DNA of 64,000 nucleotides from Clostridia bacterium (GTDB lineage Bacteria; Bacillota; Clostridia; TANB77; CAG-508): NCBI GenBank assembly GCA_051891395.1, contig JBJFFC010000011.1, positions 58,852 to 122,851 of the forward strand, read 5' to 3'. Shown piece by piece: positions 30,398 to 40,437 of this stretch (position 1 is its first letter; each line of letters starts with the position of its first letter). The notes under the pieces were generated by a model. It saw only the letters and a program-made list of their open reading frames with translations, ran no database searches and was not told where the DNA came from. The position numbers and the translations under genes were made by a program.

Positions 30398-31033
30398 ATG
30401 AAAATAGAAAAATTGACTGAAAATAAAATACGAATTATTGTTAATCCTTCTGATTTAGATGTTAAGGATTTAGATATTCATTTAATTATGAAAAAAGCTT
30501 TGGAAGGTCAAAACTTTTTTGCAGATATGTTAGAACAGGCCAAAAAGGAAGTTGGATTTAATACAGATGGTTGTAAATTGTTAATTGAGTCTTTTACTTC
30601 AGATGATATTCTAATCTTTACAATAACCAAATATTCTCTTCAAGAAATAAAAAATAGCAAAATCACTTCAAAAAATAAGCTTACAGTAAAAAGGAAAACG
30701 CTTAATATTTCTAACAAGCAAGCTCTCTATAAATTTAAAAATTTTGATGAATTTTGTAGTTTCTGTGAATGTATATCTAAAAATATTGATTTTGATATAA
30801 AAAAACTTTCCAAAAATATCTCCTTGTATTTATATCACAATACATATTACTTACTCGTAAAGAATATAGATACATCATATAAACATATAAAAACATTCTA
30901 TTACATTGCTAATGAGTTTTCTTCTCCCTTGGTATTTTCTTTTGCTTTTGAAAATAAATTGATAGAGCATGGAAAAATAATTATGAAAAAAAATGCTATT
31001 ACAACAGGAATTAAATATTTTGTGTCTAAATAA
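30398..31033 (+). CDS. mecA: MecA-family ClpC adaptor protein
   Basis: MKIEKLTENKIRI N-terminus, F..F..F central motif, EHGKIIMKKNAI C-terminus; AAGGAGG RBS. Confidence 0.75.
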   Translation: MKIEKLTENKIRIIVNPSDLDVKDLDIHLIMKKALEGQNFFADMLEQAKKEVGFNTDGCKLLIESFTSDDILIFTITKYSLQEIKNSKITSKNKLTVKRKTLNISNKQALYKFKNFDEFCSFCECISKNIDFDIKKLSKNISLYLYHNTYYLLVKNIDTSYKHIKTFYYIANEFSSPLVFSFAFENKLIEHGKIIMKKNAITTGIKYFVSK

Positions 31034-31034
31034 T

Positions 31035-31070
31035 AAAAAGAACGGATATAAATAAACTTTATATCCGTTT
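31035..31070. terminator. Bidirectional terminator between mecA and the M23 peptidase gene
   Basis: AACGGATATAAA/TTTATATCCGTT stem between convergent genes. Confidence 0.65.
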
Positions 31071-31085
31071 TATGTATTCAATATT

Positions 31086-32108
31086 TTAATAAACATAGTT
31101 TTGTGGATTATATGCCACTCCATTTACTCTTACTTCTAAATGTAAATGTGGTCCAGTAGAGTTACCCGTAGAACCAACTGCCGCAATCGTTTGTCCTTGA
31201 GATACACTGGTACCTGCAGATACATATAATTGGCTACAATGTCCATAATATGTTTGTACTCCATTTGAATGAGTAATAACTATCATATTACCATAAGATC
31301 CTTTGTATCCAGAAAAAGTTACAGTACCTGAAGCAGCTGCTTGAATTGGTGTTCCTGTTGATGTTGCAATATCTAACCCTGTATGTGCTGACGATCTAAT
31401 ACTACTTCTAGCTCCAAATCTAGAAGTTATAATTCCAGATACCGGCCTAATTAAAGATATCCCTAAACTTGCTGTTCCTCCTGAAGTAGTCAATGAAGTA
31501 TTTACTGTTCCTGTTGAAGCATATTTATTCGAAGATGTTTTTTTATTTTTAGCAACAACTACTGGTTTAGGTTTCTCTACATATAGTTTTGATATCGCTT
31601 CCTCAGAAGATACTAAATCTTTCATCTCTGTTTCATATTTTTCTACAATTGATATATTATCCATATTAGAACTATCTTTTTCTTTCAATCCGTTTATAAC
31701 GCCTTCTGCTTGTTCAAAATTAGAAACATATAATTTTTCTTCATTATTATCTACAATTGCATAATATCTATAATATGTTGTGCCTTCTTCCTTTACTATA
31801 TTAAAAATCTCTTCATCATTAGCTACCACATTTTTCTTTAACAAGCATAATTTATACTCTGGAAGACTTGGTACTTGTACAAAGGCAACATTCTCACTTG
31901 CCTCATCACCTTTTTCAACATAATCATTAATTTTGTGTTGTAATTTTGATCTATCCTCTGTATATCCTACCTGCTCTCCATTTATAAATACACTATAAGT
32001 TGGTTTATAAAGAAAAGCAATTGCCCCTACTATAAAAAAAGCTGCAATCATAAAGAGAACTATAAATTTAATTCCTCTTCTTGTATGTATCCATACTTTT
32101 TTTAACAT
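31086..32108 (-). CDS. M23-family peptidase with N-terminal membrane anchor
   Basis: HTGLD, YYGHCS and STGPHLHLEV motifs. Confidence 0.9.
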   Translation of the reverse strand: MLKKVWIHTRRGIKFIVLFMIAAFFIVGAIAFLYKPTYSVFINGEQVGYTEDRSKLQHKINDYVEKGDEASENVAFVQVPSLPEYKLCLLKKNVVANDEEIFNIVKEEGTTYYRYYAIVDNNEEKLYVSNFEQAEGVINGLKEKDSSNMDNISIVEKYETEMKDLVSSEEAISKLYVEKPKPVVVAKNKKTSSNKYASTGTVNTSLTTSGGTASLGISLIRPVSGIITSRFGARSSIRSSAHTGLDIATSTGTPIQAAASGTVTFSGYKGSYGNMIVITHSNGVQTYYGHCSQLYVSAGTSVSQGQTIAAVGSTGNSTGPHLHLEVRVNGVAYNPQNYVY

Positions 32109-32359
32109 TAATTTCTATCTCCTTTGTATTTTATACATATTTCCATTTTTCTATTGTAATAATATTGTAATATTTCTTTTTTTGCAAAGATAATGTCTTT
32201 TTAATTTTCGTAGATTTTATACCATTTTTTTCTTTTATCTTAATTTTATTCCATTTATCTCTTGATTTCATTTTCTAATATTAGCTCTCAAAAAAACAAA
32301 AGAATATTCTTTTCATTCCTAAAACTAGGATTTAAAAGAATATCCTCTTATTTTTTATT

Positions 32360-32605
32360 TTATTGTTCTAATTCTGTTTTTACTGTACTGATTTCTGTTA
32401 CTGTTGCCTTTTGCGCAGGTACATAATATCCTTTTGCTTGAGCTATTTTAAATAACTCATATTGAAAACTCTCATCATTATTTCTAATTTGTTGAAATGT
32501 TTGTCTCAATTGCATATTTTCAGCTTCTGATATAGCTGTTTGATAAGCAGTCAAATCAGATTTTACTCCGGCTAAAATGTCATTTACCATTATTTTTTCG
32601 TCCAT
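32360..32605 (-). CDS. Coat F-domain spore coat protein
   Basis: YQTAISEAEN.QLRQ...ELF..AQAKGYY pattern; AGGAGG RBS. Confidence 0.75.
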   Translation of the reverse strand: MDEKIMVNDILAGVKSDLTAYQTAISEAENMQLRQTFQQIRNNDESFQYELFKIAQAKGYYVPAQKATVTEISTVKTELEQ

Positions 32606-32621
32606 TCTTAATTACCTCCTA

Positions 32622-32810
32622 TTAATTATTTAAAAAACTCATTAATTTTTGTTTTGTATTTAACGCGTCTTGTGCTGATTTTGTAAACAATTGCTTTATT
32701 TGCGGGTCAACAGCTTGTGAAGAATAAGTATTTAGTTTTTGATATGCTGTTTCATGAGCTCCTATCAAGTGTCTTAAGTGTTGTAATTCCATTTGATTTA
32801 AATCTGGCAT
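32622..32810 (-). CDS. Small spore-coat-associated protein
   Basis: 62 aa, KLNTYSSQAVDPQIKQLF; adjacent to the Coat F gene; GAAAGGAAGG RBS. Confidence 0.65.
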   Translation of the reverse strand: MPDLNQMELQHLRHLIGAHETAYQKLNTYSSQAVDPQIKQLFTKSAQDALNTKQKLMSFLNN

Positions 32811-33012
32811 TTTTATCCTTCCTTTCTTTTCAATCTTACTTTAGTATTATTTACTTTTTACAATTTTTTTATACTTTCAATTATTATTTTGTTAAATATA
32901 TTTACTTTTTATGTAAATTGTTGTAAAATATATATATATCAATCTTTATGACTCCTTATCTATTACATAATAACACGAGACATAAAGAAATACTTTTCAA
33001 GGAGAGCTTTTT

Positions 33013-33471
33013 ATGGTAGATCAGAAAAAATATGCAACAATAGGATTAGCGACAGGGGCAAACATCGAGGTATTTCCACAGACAATTACAGTTAAAACAA
33101 TTAGTAGTCTAAAAAGTAAAAACAAAGATATACTTAGACTTTCAAATTTATCTGTTGAACCTCAGAGTGTCAGAATAGCAAATAAATTTGAAATATGTAA
33201 CAATGTCTTATTACTCAAGACTTTTGACCGGCGTTTTTTACTTGTAAAAACAACTGATGTATGTTCTAACCCTAAGTTTAGCATATCTGCCGAACCTATT
33301 GGTGAAAACAAAATTTTTTTTGATAACAACAGAATTGCAATGTTGCTATCAAACGACAAAAGAAGAAATTACAGAACTTGTTCTTTTGCCACTAAAAAAG
33401 AAAGGATTTTTATTGAACTTTTCCGAATTAGTAAAATTAATTTTGTTAGTTGTCAATATGCTTATATTTAG
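33013..33471 (+). CDS. Hypothetical protein (contains an in-frame CGG-C at 33229)
   Basis: AAGGAG RBS, 152-aa ORF followed by a terminator; no family recognised. Confidence 0.5.
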   Translation: MVDQKKYATIGLATGANIEVFPQTITVKTISSLKSKNKDILRLSNLSVEPQSVRIANKFEICNNVLLLKTFDRRFLLVKTTDVCSNPKFSISAEPIGENKIFFDNNRIAMLLSNDKRRNYRTCSFATKKERIFIELFRISKINFVSCQYAYI

Positions 33472-33496
33472 CAGAAAAAGTCAAGGTGAATGCTTT

Positions 33497-35261
33497 GAGG
33501 CTGCTGAAAAAGTAGTTCAAAATTAGCTCACAAAAAATCGTGAATGGGAAAAATATTTTCTAATTCACGATTTTTTTCTATGTTTTGATAGTTTAATGTG
33601 ATATAATTAACACAGTTGAAAGGGTTGATATAACTGTGTTAAAAGAAAATAATCAAATAAGTTTTTGTTTAAGTTCGCACGCGTCACTTTTTGATGTGTT
33701 GATAGAAAAAGATAATTTTTGGAGACAACTAAAAGATATGGTTGATTTCTCTTTTGTTTATGATGAATTAAAAGATAAATATTCTTCAACAATGGGCAGA
33801 AAAGCTGAAGCTGTAATAAGAATGTTTAAATATCTTCTACTTAAAAATTACTACAAATTATCTGATAGAGATTTGATTGCAAGAACTAAAACAGATATGC
33901 TATTCAAATATTTTCTTGATTACTTGCCAGAAGAAGTTAATTTAATTGACCCAAGTTTGTTAACAGTTTTTAGAAGAGAAAGATTAAGTAATAAAGAAAA
34001 TGAAGAAGAGACATCAACAAATTTGATGGATAAATTAATAGCTAAAACAGTAGAAATAGCTTTAGAAGAAGGTGTAATTGAAGTAAAGAATAAAATAATA
34101 CAAGATTCTACTCACACAAATGCAATGTATAAACACATTTCACCAAGAGAGGAACTAATAAAACAAGCAAAAGAACTAAGAAAATCAGTATATAAAATAG
34201 ATGAAACCATGCACGACAAAATGCCTAAAAAAAGAGAAAATACTGGTCTTTTGGAAGACCAAATAGAATATACTAAAGAATTACTTAATTTAGTAAAAGA
34301 AGATGTCAGATTTACCACAATACCAGCAATAAACGAAAAAATAAATATGTTAGAAGAAACAATGAATGATACAGAATATGAAATTGAGTACTCAAAAGAT
34401 AAAGATGCAAAAATTGGACATAAAACTGCTGATACATCCTTCTTTGGATACAAAACACACATAGCAATGACACCAGAAAGAATAATAACAGCAGCAATAG
34501 TAACATCAGGAGAAAAACATGATGGAAAACAATTACAAACATTAGTTAAAAAGTCTCAAGCAAATGGAATTGAAGTTGAGGCTGTTATTGGTGATGGTGC
34601 ATATTCTGAAAAAGAAAATATTGAATTTTGTGAAGAAAATAGTATAAAATTAGCTAGTAAACTAAGTAAATTTGTAACACATGGGAATACTCAAAGAAAC
34701 AGTAATTTTGAATACAATAAAGATGCTGGAATGTATGTATGTAAAGCTGGTCATATGGCGATTAGAAAAGCAAAGCAAGGAAGTAAAAAAGTTAGAAATC
34801 AAGCAGAATGTTATTATTTTGATGTTGAGAAATGTAAACATTGTCAGTATAAGGAAGGGTGTTACAAAGAAGGCTCAAGATTTAAAACATATTCTGTAAC
34901 TATAAAAGGCGATGCACATATAAAACATATGGATTATATGGAAACGGCTGAATTTAAAGAATTATACTCTGAAAGGTATAAAATTGAAGCGAAAAATTCA
35001 GAACTAAAATCTAATTTTGGTTATGATACAGCAAATGCTTGTGGGAAAAATGGTATCACAATCCAAGGGGCTAGTGCGCTCTTTTTAGTCAATATAAAAC
35101 GAATAATTAAGTTAAAAAAAGAAAAAGCACAAAATAATGGATAAATATATCCATATATTTTTATGTTTTTTACTATTTATAAAAAAATCGTGAATTAGAA
35201 AATATTTTTCCCATTCACGATTTTTTGTGAGCTAATTTTGAACTACTTTTTCAGCAGCCTC
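33497..35261 (+). mobile_element. IS1182-family insertion sequence with 81-bp perfect terminal inverted repeats and an 8-bp target duplication
   Basis: 33497-33577 is the exact reverse complement of 35181-35261; AATGCTTT is repeated at 33489-33496 and 35262-35269. Confidence 0.9.
33636..35144 (+). CDS. IS1182-family DDE transposase
   Basis: DUF772-like N-terminus (LSDRDL...FKYFL), DSTH, FGYK.H, GDGAYS, Cys-rich insertion, RYKIEAKNSELK. Confidence 0.9.
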   Translation: MLKENNQISFCLSSHASLFDVLIEKDNFWRQLKDMVDFSFVYDELKDKYSSTMGRKAEAVIRMFKYLLLKNYYKLSDRDLIARTKTDMLFKYFLDYLPEEVNLIDPSLLTVFRRERLSNKENEEETSTNLMDKLIAKTVEIALEEGVIEVKNKIIQDSTHTNAMYKHISPREELIKQAKELRKSVYKIDETMHDKMPKKRENTGLLEDQIEYTKELLNLVKEDVRFTTIPAINEKINMLEETMNDTEYEIEYSKDKDAKIGHKTADTSFFGYKTHIAMTPERIITAAIVTSGEKHDGKQLQTLVKKSQANGIEVEAVIGDGAYSEKENIEFCEENSIKLASKLSKFVTHGNTQRNSNFEYNKDAGMYVCKAGHMAIRKAKQGSKKVRNQAECYYFDVEKCKHCQYKEGCYKEGSRFKTYSVTIKGDAHIKHMDYMETAEFKELYSERYKIEAKNSELKSNFGYDTANACGKNGITIQGASALFLVNIKRIIKLKKEKAQNNG

Positions 35262-35287
35262 AATGCTTTTCCCTTGACTTTTTATAT

Positions 35288-37601
35288 TTATTTAATTACT
35301 TCTAAATTAGCAAACTTAGCCATAAGCCTTTTATGTCCAGCCTTGTCAAAATTAATATCTACTTTTAAATCTTCTCCTTCTGGTTCAACCTGATTAATTG
35401 TTCCTTCTCCGAATTTTTTATGGAAAACCCTAACTCCTGATTGATATTGCGATAAATCAACTGCACTATTAGATTTTTTTGACAAACTATTTAAGAAGCT
35501 TTCTGCTGTTCTAAACATAAATCCATTATTAGTGTTATTGCTACTTGCTGCAGCAACTGGCTGCTTTTCATTTATTTTATAAGTTTTAATACTTCCATTA
35601 TTTTTACTACCATAAGTCCAGCTATAGTTAGAATCTTTAAACATTTCTTCTTTATTACTTGTTTCCCCAAACGCTTCTTCATAACCTTCTAACAATTCTT
35701 GTGGTATTTCACTTAGGAACCTCGAAATCGGATTATAGCTTGTAGAACCGAAAATAGTTCTTTGCTTACTGCAAGTTAAAAATAAATTTTCTTTTGCTCT
35801 TGTAATTCCCACATAACAAAGCCTTCTTTCCTCTTCTAATTCCTTTGGTTCAGCTATCGATTTATATCCCGGAAAAATCCCTTCTTCCATTCCCACTAAG
35901 AATACAACTGGAAATTCTAATCCTTTTGCGCTATGTAATGTCATTAATGTTACATATTCTTCATCATCTTCTAAATCATCTATATCACTAGATAATGTAA
36001 TTCCTTCTAAAAACTCACTTAAAGTATTTTCTGCTTCCTCTTCCTCGAATTCTATTGCTACTGTTAAAAATTCGTCAAGGTTGGCAATTCTATTTTCTGC
36101 TTCAATCGTATTTTCATTCTCTAGTGCTTTTGTATATCCCGTTTTTTTCAAAGTTAATTTTATTAACTCTGATATCGTTAATTCTTCTTTCTTTGCTTTT
36201 AGCTCTTCCATTACGTTTACAAATTCTCTAGAATTTAGGTAAACCCTGTTTAATCCATATTGTTCTGCGTTTTTTATTACTTCATACATAGATATTTCAT
36301 TTGTAGTCGCAATTTGTTCTACTTTGTCTAAACTAGTCTTTCCAATTCCTCGTTTTGGTTCATTAATAATCCTCTTTAAACTTAAATTATCATTGCCATT
36401 TTGTATCAACCTTAAATAAGCAATTATATCTTTGATTTCTTTTCTCTCATAGAATTTTAATCCACCTATGATTTTATAAGGAACATTTTCCCTTCTTAAA
36501 ATATCCTCTATTGCTCTTGATTGCGTATTCATTCGATAAAGAATAGCAAAATCAGAATATTTATAATATTCTTCTCTTCTTAAATGTTCTAATTGTTCTA
36601 CAATATAGGTTCCTTCATCATACTCGTTTTTTGCTTGATATACTTTTGGCAAATTTCCCTCATCATTTTGTGTCCACAATTCTTTTTTATATTTTACTTC
36701 ATTATTTTTTATGACACTATTTGCTGCTTTTAATATATTTCCTGTACATCTATAGTTTTGTTCTAGTTTTATAATCTTTGTTCCTGGAAAATCTCTTTCA
36801 AAATTTAATATATTAGAAATATCAGCACCTCTAAATGAATAAATTCCGTTGGTCATTATCTCCTACAACTGTTATATTTCCATTCTTTGAAGCTAGCATT
36901 GTTACTAATGTAAATTGTGCTTTATTCGTATCTTGGTACTCATCTACTAAAACATATTTAAATTTATTTGAGTAGTACTCTAAAATATCTTGGTTTTCCA
37001 TTAATATTTTTATTGTATAGTTTATAATATCATCAAAATCAATTGCGTTATTTTCCTTTAATCTTTTTTGATATAAATTATATACTAATGCAATCTTTTC
37101 TTTTCTAAAATCCCCATTAGCTCTGGCTTGATATTGATCAGGTTCTAACATCTCATTTTTTGCATTACTAATTTCCGAAAGTACAGCTCTATCTGTAAAC
37201 ATTTTATCATCAATTGCTAAATCTTTTAAGCATCCCTTTACTAATGTTTTTTGGTCTGATGTATCAAAAATAATAAAAGATGAATCAAATCCAATTCGAT
37301 CAATAAATTTTCTTAAGATTCTAACACATACAGAGTGAAATGTTCCCATCCAAATATCTTTAGCCTCATCGCCTACTAACCCTGCAATTCTCTCTTTCAT
37401 TTCATTAGCTGCTTTATTCGTAAAAGTAATCGCCAAAATATCCCATGGATGAACTCCCTTTTCTCCAATTAAATAAGCTATTTTATGTGTTAATACTTTT
37501 GTTTTTCCACTTCCCGCACCTGCTATTACTAAACATGGTCCTTCTGTATTGATTACTGCCTCATATTGTTTATCATTTAATCCTTTTAATATATCTTGCA
37601 T
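35288..37601 (-). CDS. pcrA: PcrA/UvrD helicase, encoded across a +1 frameshift at CAA-CGG-A (extra C at 36848); joined product 770 aa
   Basis: AGAGSGKT, TFTNKAA and VDEYQDTN in the 5' part; QNYR, TLHSAKGLEF and EEERRLCYVGITRA in the 3' part. Skipping the C restores motif III VVGDNDQGIYSFRGA. Confidence 0.9.
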
Positions 37602-37629
37602 TTAATTCTTTCCTTTCTTGAAACACAAG

Positions 37630-37740
37630 GGACAGGTCTAAAATGTCTCATTTTTGTGTCGATTTTTGTCGCTTTTCTACTCTTTGTTTTTATATAATTT
37701 TATTTTTTGGACAAGTTAATGCGACATTTTAAACCTGTCC
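37630..37740. repeat. MITE/REP-like inverted repeat pair upstream of pcrA
   Basis: GGACAGGTCTAAAATGTC (37630-37647) vs GACATTTTAAACCTGTCC (37723-37740), 17 of 18 complementary. Confidence 0.55.
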
Positions 37741-37892
37741 TCTTCAAATGTCTGTTTGCATTTTACTATATTCATATTTAAAAAGCAAGTAAAATTTTAA
37801 AATTACTTGCTTTTATTTTCCTATATCTTTTATTTCTTCTAATCCTATTAAAATAGAAAAAATCTGCTGATATCTTAACTAGTTTTTACTCT

Positions 37893-38634
37893 TTACAAGG
37901 TTGTTGCAAAAATTCCAATTATAAATCCTATCATATTCCCAAGAGCTGTCATTCTACCATGATATAATTTATTAGATTCTGGAATTAGTTCTCCGTGATA
38001 CAATATATAACATTGCTCCTGCTGCAAAGCTTAAGCATATGGCAATTACCTCTTGTGATATGGAACCAATAATAGCGCCAAAAAATGCTCCAATTCCTGT
38101 TGTAACTCCTGATAATATAACATAAAAAATTACTTTTGAGATTTTCATGCCTCCATTTTTCATGGGAACAGCCATTGATATCCCTTCTGGTATATCATGC
38201 AAGCAAATTGCTATTGCTAGACTTAATCCTAGCTTTAATGATGCTTCGAATCCCGACCCTATTGCTAATCCTTCTGGAAAATTGTGAATGGCTAAACCGA
38301 TTGATACGATAATTCCTGTCTTTAATAAATTATTACTATTATTGTTAAATTTATGATTCGTATTGAACTTCCTTTCTACTAATAAATCACAAAAAATCAT
38401 AGCTATAATTCCTACAACAGTTCCTATGATAACATTGACAATATTACTAATCCCTAGCGCTTCTGGCAATAAGTCAAAACATATAACTGCCATCATTAGT
38501 CCTGATGCAAATGCTAAAATGAAACTTAAAAATTTATTAGAGTGTTTTTTTATTATAACTCCTATAATTCCACCTAAAGTTGTTCCAAAAGTCCCAAAAA
38601 ATAATCCTAGAAGGGTTGTTTTAAATATTTCCAT
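37893..38634 (-). CDS. ZIP (ZupT/GufA) family metal transporter, encoded across a +1 frameshift at TCA-CGG-A (extra C at 37995); joined product 246 aa
   Basis: HNFPEGLAIG, HDIPEG and AAGAMLYIV motifs. The +1 frame continues GELIPESNKLYHGRMTALGNMIGFIIGIFATTL*, supplying the last TM helix. Confidence 0.85.
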
Positions 38635-38695
38635 TAAAAACTCCTTAAAATATGTTTTACTTTAATTTATTATAAGGAGTTCATTTTTATTACTT

Positions 38696-39244
38696 TTATT
38701 TTTTCATCTCTTTTTTCTCTATTATATTTCCATCTACATCTTTTAAAATTAATTCTTTTTCTTCCAGTATTAAATAACTATGTTTTGTATTCGCTTTTGG
38801 TAATGATATAGAGCCAGGATTTGCGAATATAATTCCATATTCCTCTGTTATAAATCCTGTATGAAAATGACCATAAATCATAATATCCATATCAATCCCT
38901 AATGGTGGTAATTGATCCATATTGTATTTATGTCCATGTGTAAAAAACACTTTATACCCATTTACATTCATCTCTATGTTTTCCTCAAATTTAAATTCCG
39001 ATATCATTTCATCTACTTCGGCATCGCAGTTACCTTTAACAACCATTAATTTTTCTTTTAAAGAATTCAACACTTTCGCTACTTCCATAGGATTATATTC
39101 TTGTGTTAGCTCATTTCTTGGTCCATGATAATATAAGTCACCTAACAAAATTATTTTATCCGGTTTTTCCTTTTGATTAATTTCTTCTATTTTTTTCGCA
39201 TAATAACTCGAACCATGTATATCTGATACAATCAATAATTTCAT
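38696..39244 (-). CDS. YfcE-family metallophosphoesterase
   Basis: SDIHGS, GDLYYHGPRN, GNCD, THGH, GHFH and NPGS motifs. Confidence 0.9.
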   Translation of the reverse strand: MKLLIVSDIHGSSYYAKKIEEINQKEKPDKIILLGDLYYHGPRNELTQEYNPMEVAKVLNSLKEKLMVVKGNCDAEVDEMISEFKFEENIEMNVNGYKVFFTHGHKYNMDQLPPLGIDMDIMIYGHFHTGFITEEYGIIFANPGSISLPKANTKHSYLILEEKELILKDVDGNIIEKKEMKK

Positions 39245-39318
39245 AATAAAATCCCCCTTACCTTATTAGCTATCTAAAAGGGGCAAAACAATCACATGTC
39301 TTTCCCCTTCTCTTACTC

Positions 39319-40380
39319 TTACTCATCTTCACCTTTTAATCTTTCTGCTCTATCTGCTGCAATTAAATTATCCACCATTTCATCAATATCCCCATTTAAG
39401 AAATTCTCCATTTGATAAATACTCATTCCAATTCTATGATCTGTAATTCTTCCTTGTGGATAGTTATAAGTTCTTATCTTCTCGCTTCTATCCCCTGAAC
39501 CAACTTGTATCTTTCTACTATTTGCTATTTCACTATCTTGCTTTTCTTTTTCAATTTCATATAGTTTAGTTCTTAGCATTTTCATTGCATTATCTTTATT
39601 TTGAAACTGTGATCTTTCTGTCTGGCATTCTACAACAATTCCTGTTGGTTCATGTATAAGTCTTACAGCTGATGATGTTTTATTAATATGTTGTCCTCCT
39701 GCTCCTGAAGCTCTAAATACTTCCATTTTGATGTCTGACGGATTAATCTCTATTTCTACATCTTCTACTACGGGAAGAACTGCAACAGTTGCTGTTGATG
39801 TATGAATTCTGCCACTACTTTCTGTATCTGGAACTCTTTGTACCCTGTGTACACCACTTTCAAATTTTAGTCTACTATAAACACCCTTTCCTGTAATCAT
39901 AAAAGATATTTCTTTATATCCACCAAGTCCCGTTTCGTTTTCATTTAACACTTCCAACTTCCAATGTTTTTTCTCTGCATACATAGAATACATTCTAAAT
40001 AATGTTCCTGCGAAAAGTGCTGCTTCTTCTCCTCCTGCTCCAGCTCTAATTTCACACATAATATTTTTATCATCATCTGGATCTTTAGGTATTAATAAAA
40101 CTTTTAATTCTTCTTCTATTTTTGGTAATTGTTCTTTTGAGCTATAATACTCTTCTTCCGCAAGTTCCTTCATATCCGGGTCTTGCATTAGCTCTTCAGC
40201 TTCCTCCATAGATTGCTTTACTTTTTTATATTCTCTAAATTTTAATACAATATCTTCTATACTTGCATGTTCCTTCATTAATTTCTGCCATTCTGCTTGA
40301 TTTGCTATTACTTCTGGGTCAGCAATTAATTTTGTTAATTCCTCATATCTCTTTTCTACTGCTTCCAACTTTTCAAACAT
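39319..40380 (-). CDS. prfA: Peptide chain release factor 1
   Basis: RVP.TE (PxT), GAGGQH and RSEKIRTYN motifs. Confidence 0.95.
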   Translation of the reverse strand: MFEKLEAVEKRYEELTKLIADPEVIANQAEWQKLMKEHASIEDIVLKFREYKKVKQSMEEAEELMQDPDMKELAEEEYYSSKEQLPKIEEELKVLLIPKDPDDDKNIMCEIRAGAGGEEAALFAGTLFRMYSMYAEKKHWKLEVLNENETGLGGYKEISFMITGKGVYSRLKFESGVHRVQRVPDTESSGRIHTSTATVAVLPVVEDVEIEINPSDIKMEVFRASGAGGQHINKTSSAVRLIHEPTGIVVECQTERSQFQNKDNAMKMLRTKLYEIEKEKQDSEIANSRKIQVGSGDRSEKIRTYNYPQGRITDHRIGMSIYQMENFLNGDIDEMVDNLIAADRAERLKGEDE

Positions 40381-40437
40381 GTCAATCTCTCCTTTTTTAT
40401 TATTTGCTTCAACTATTATAATATATTTTCCTATTTT

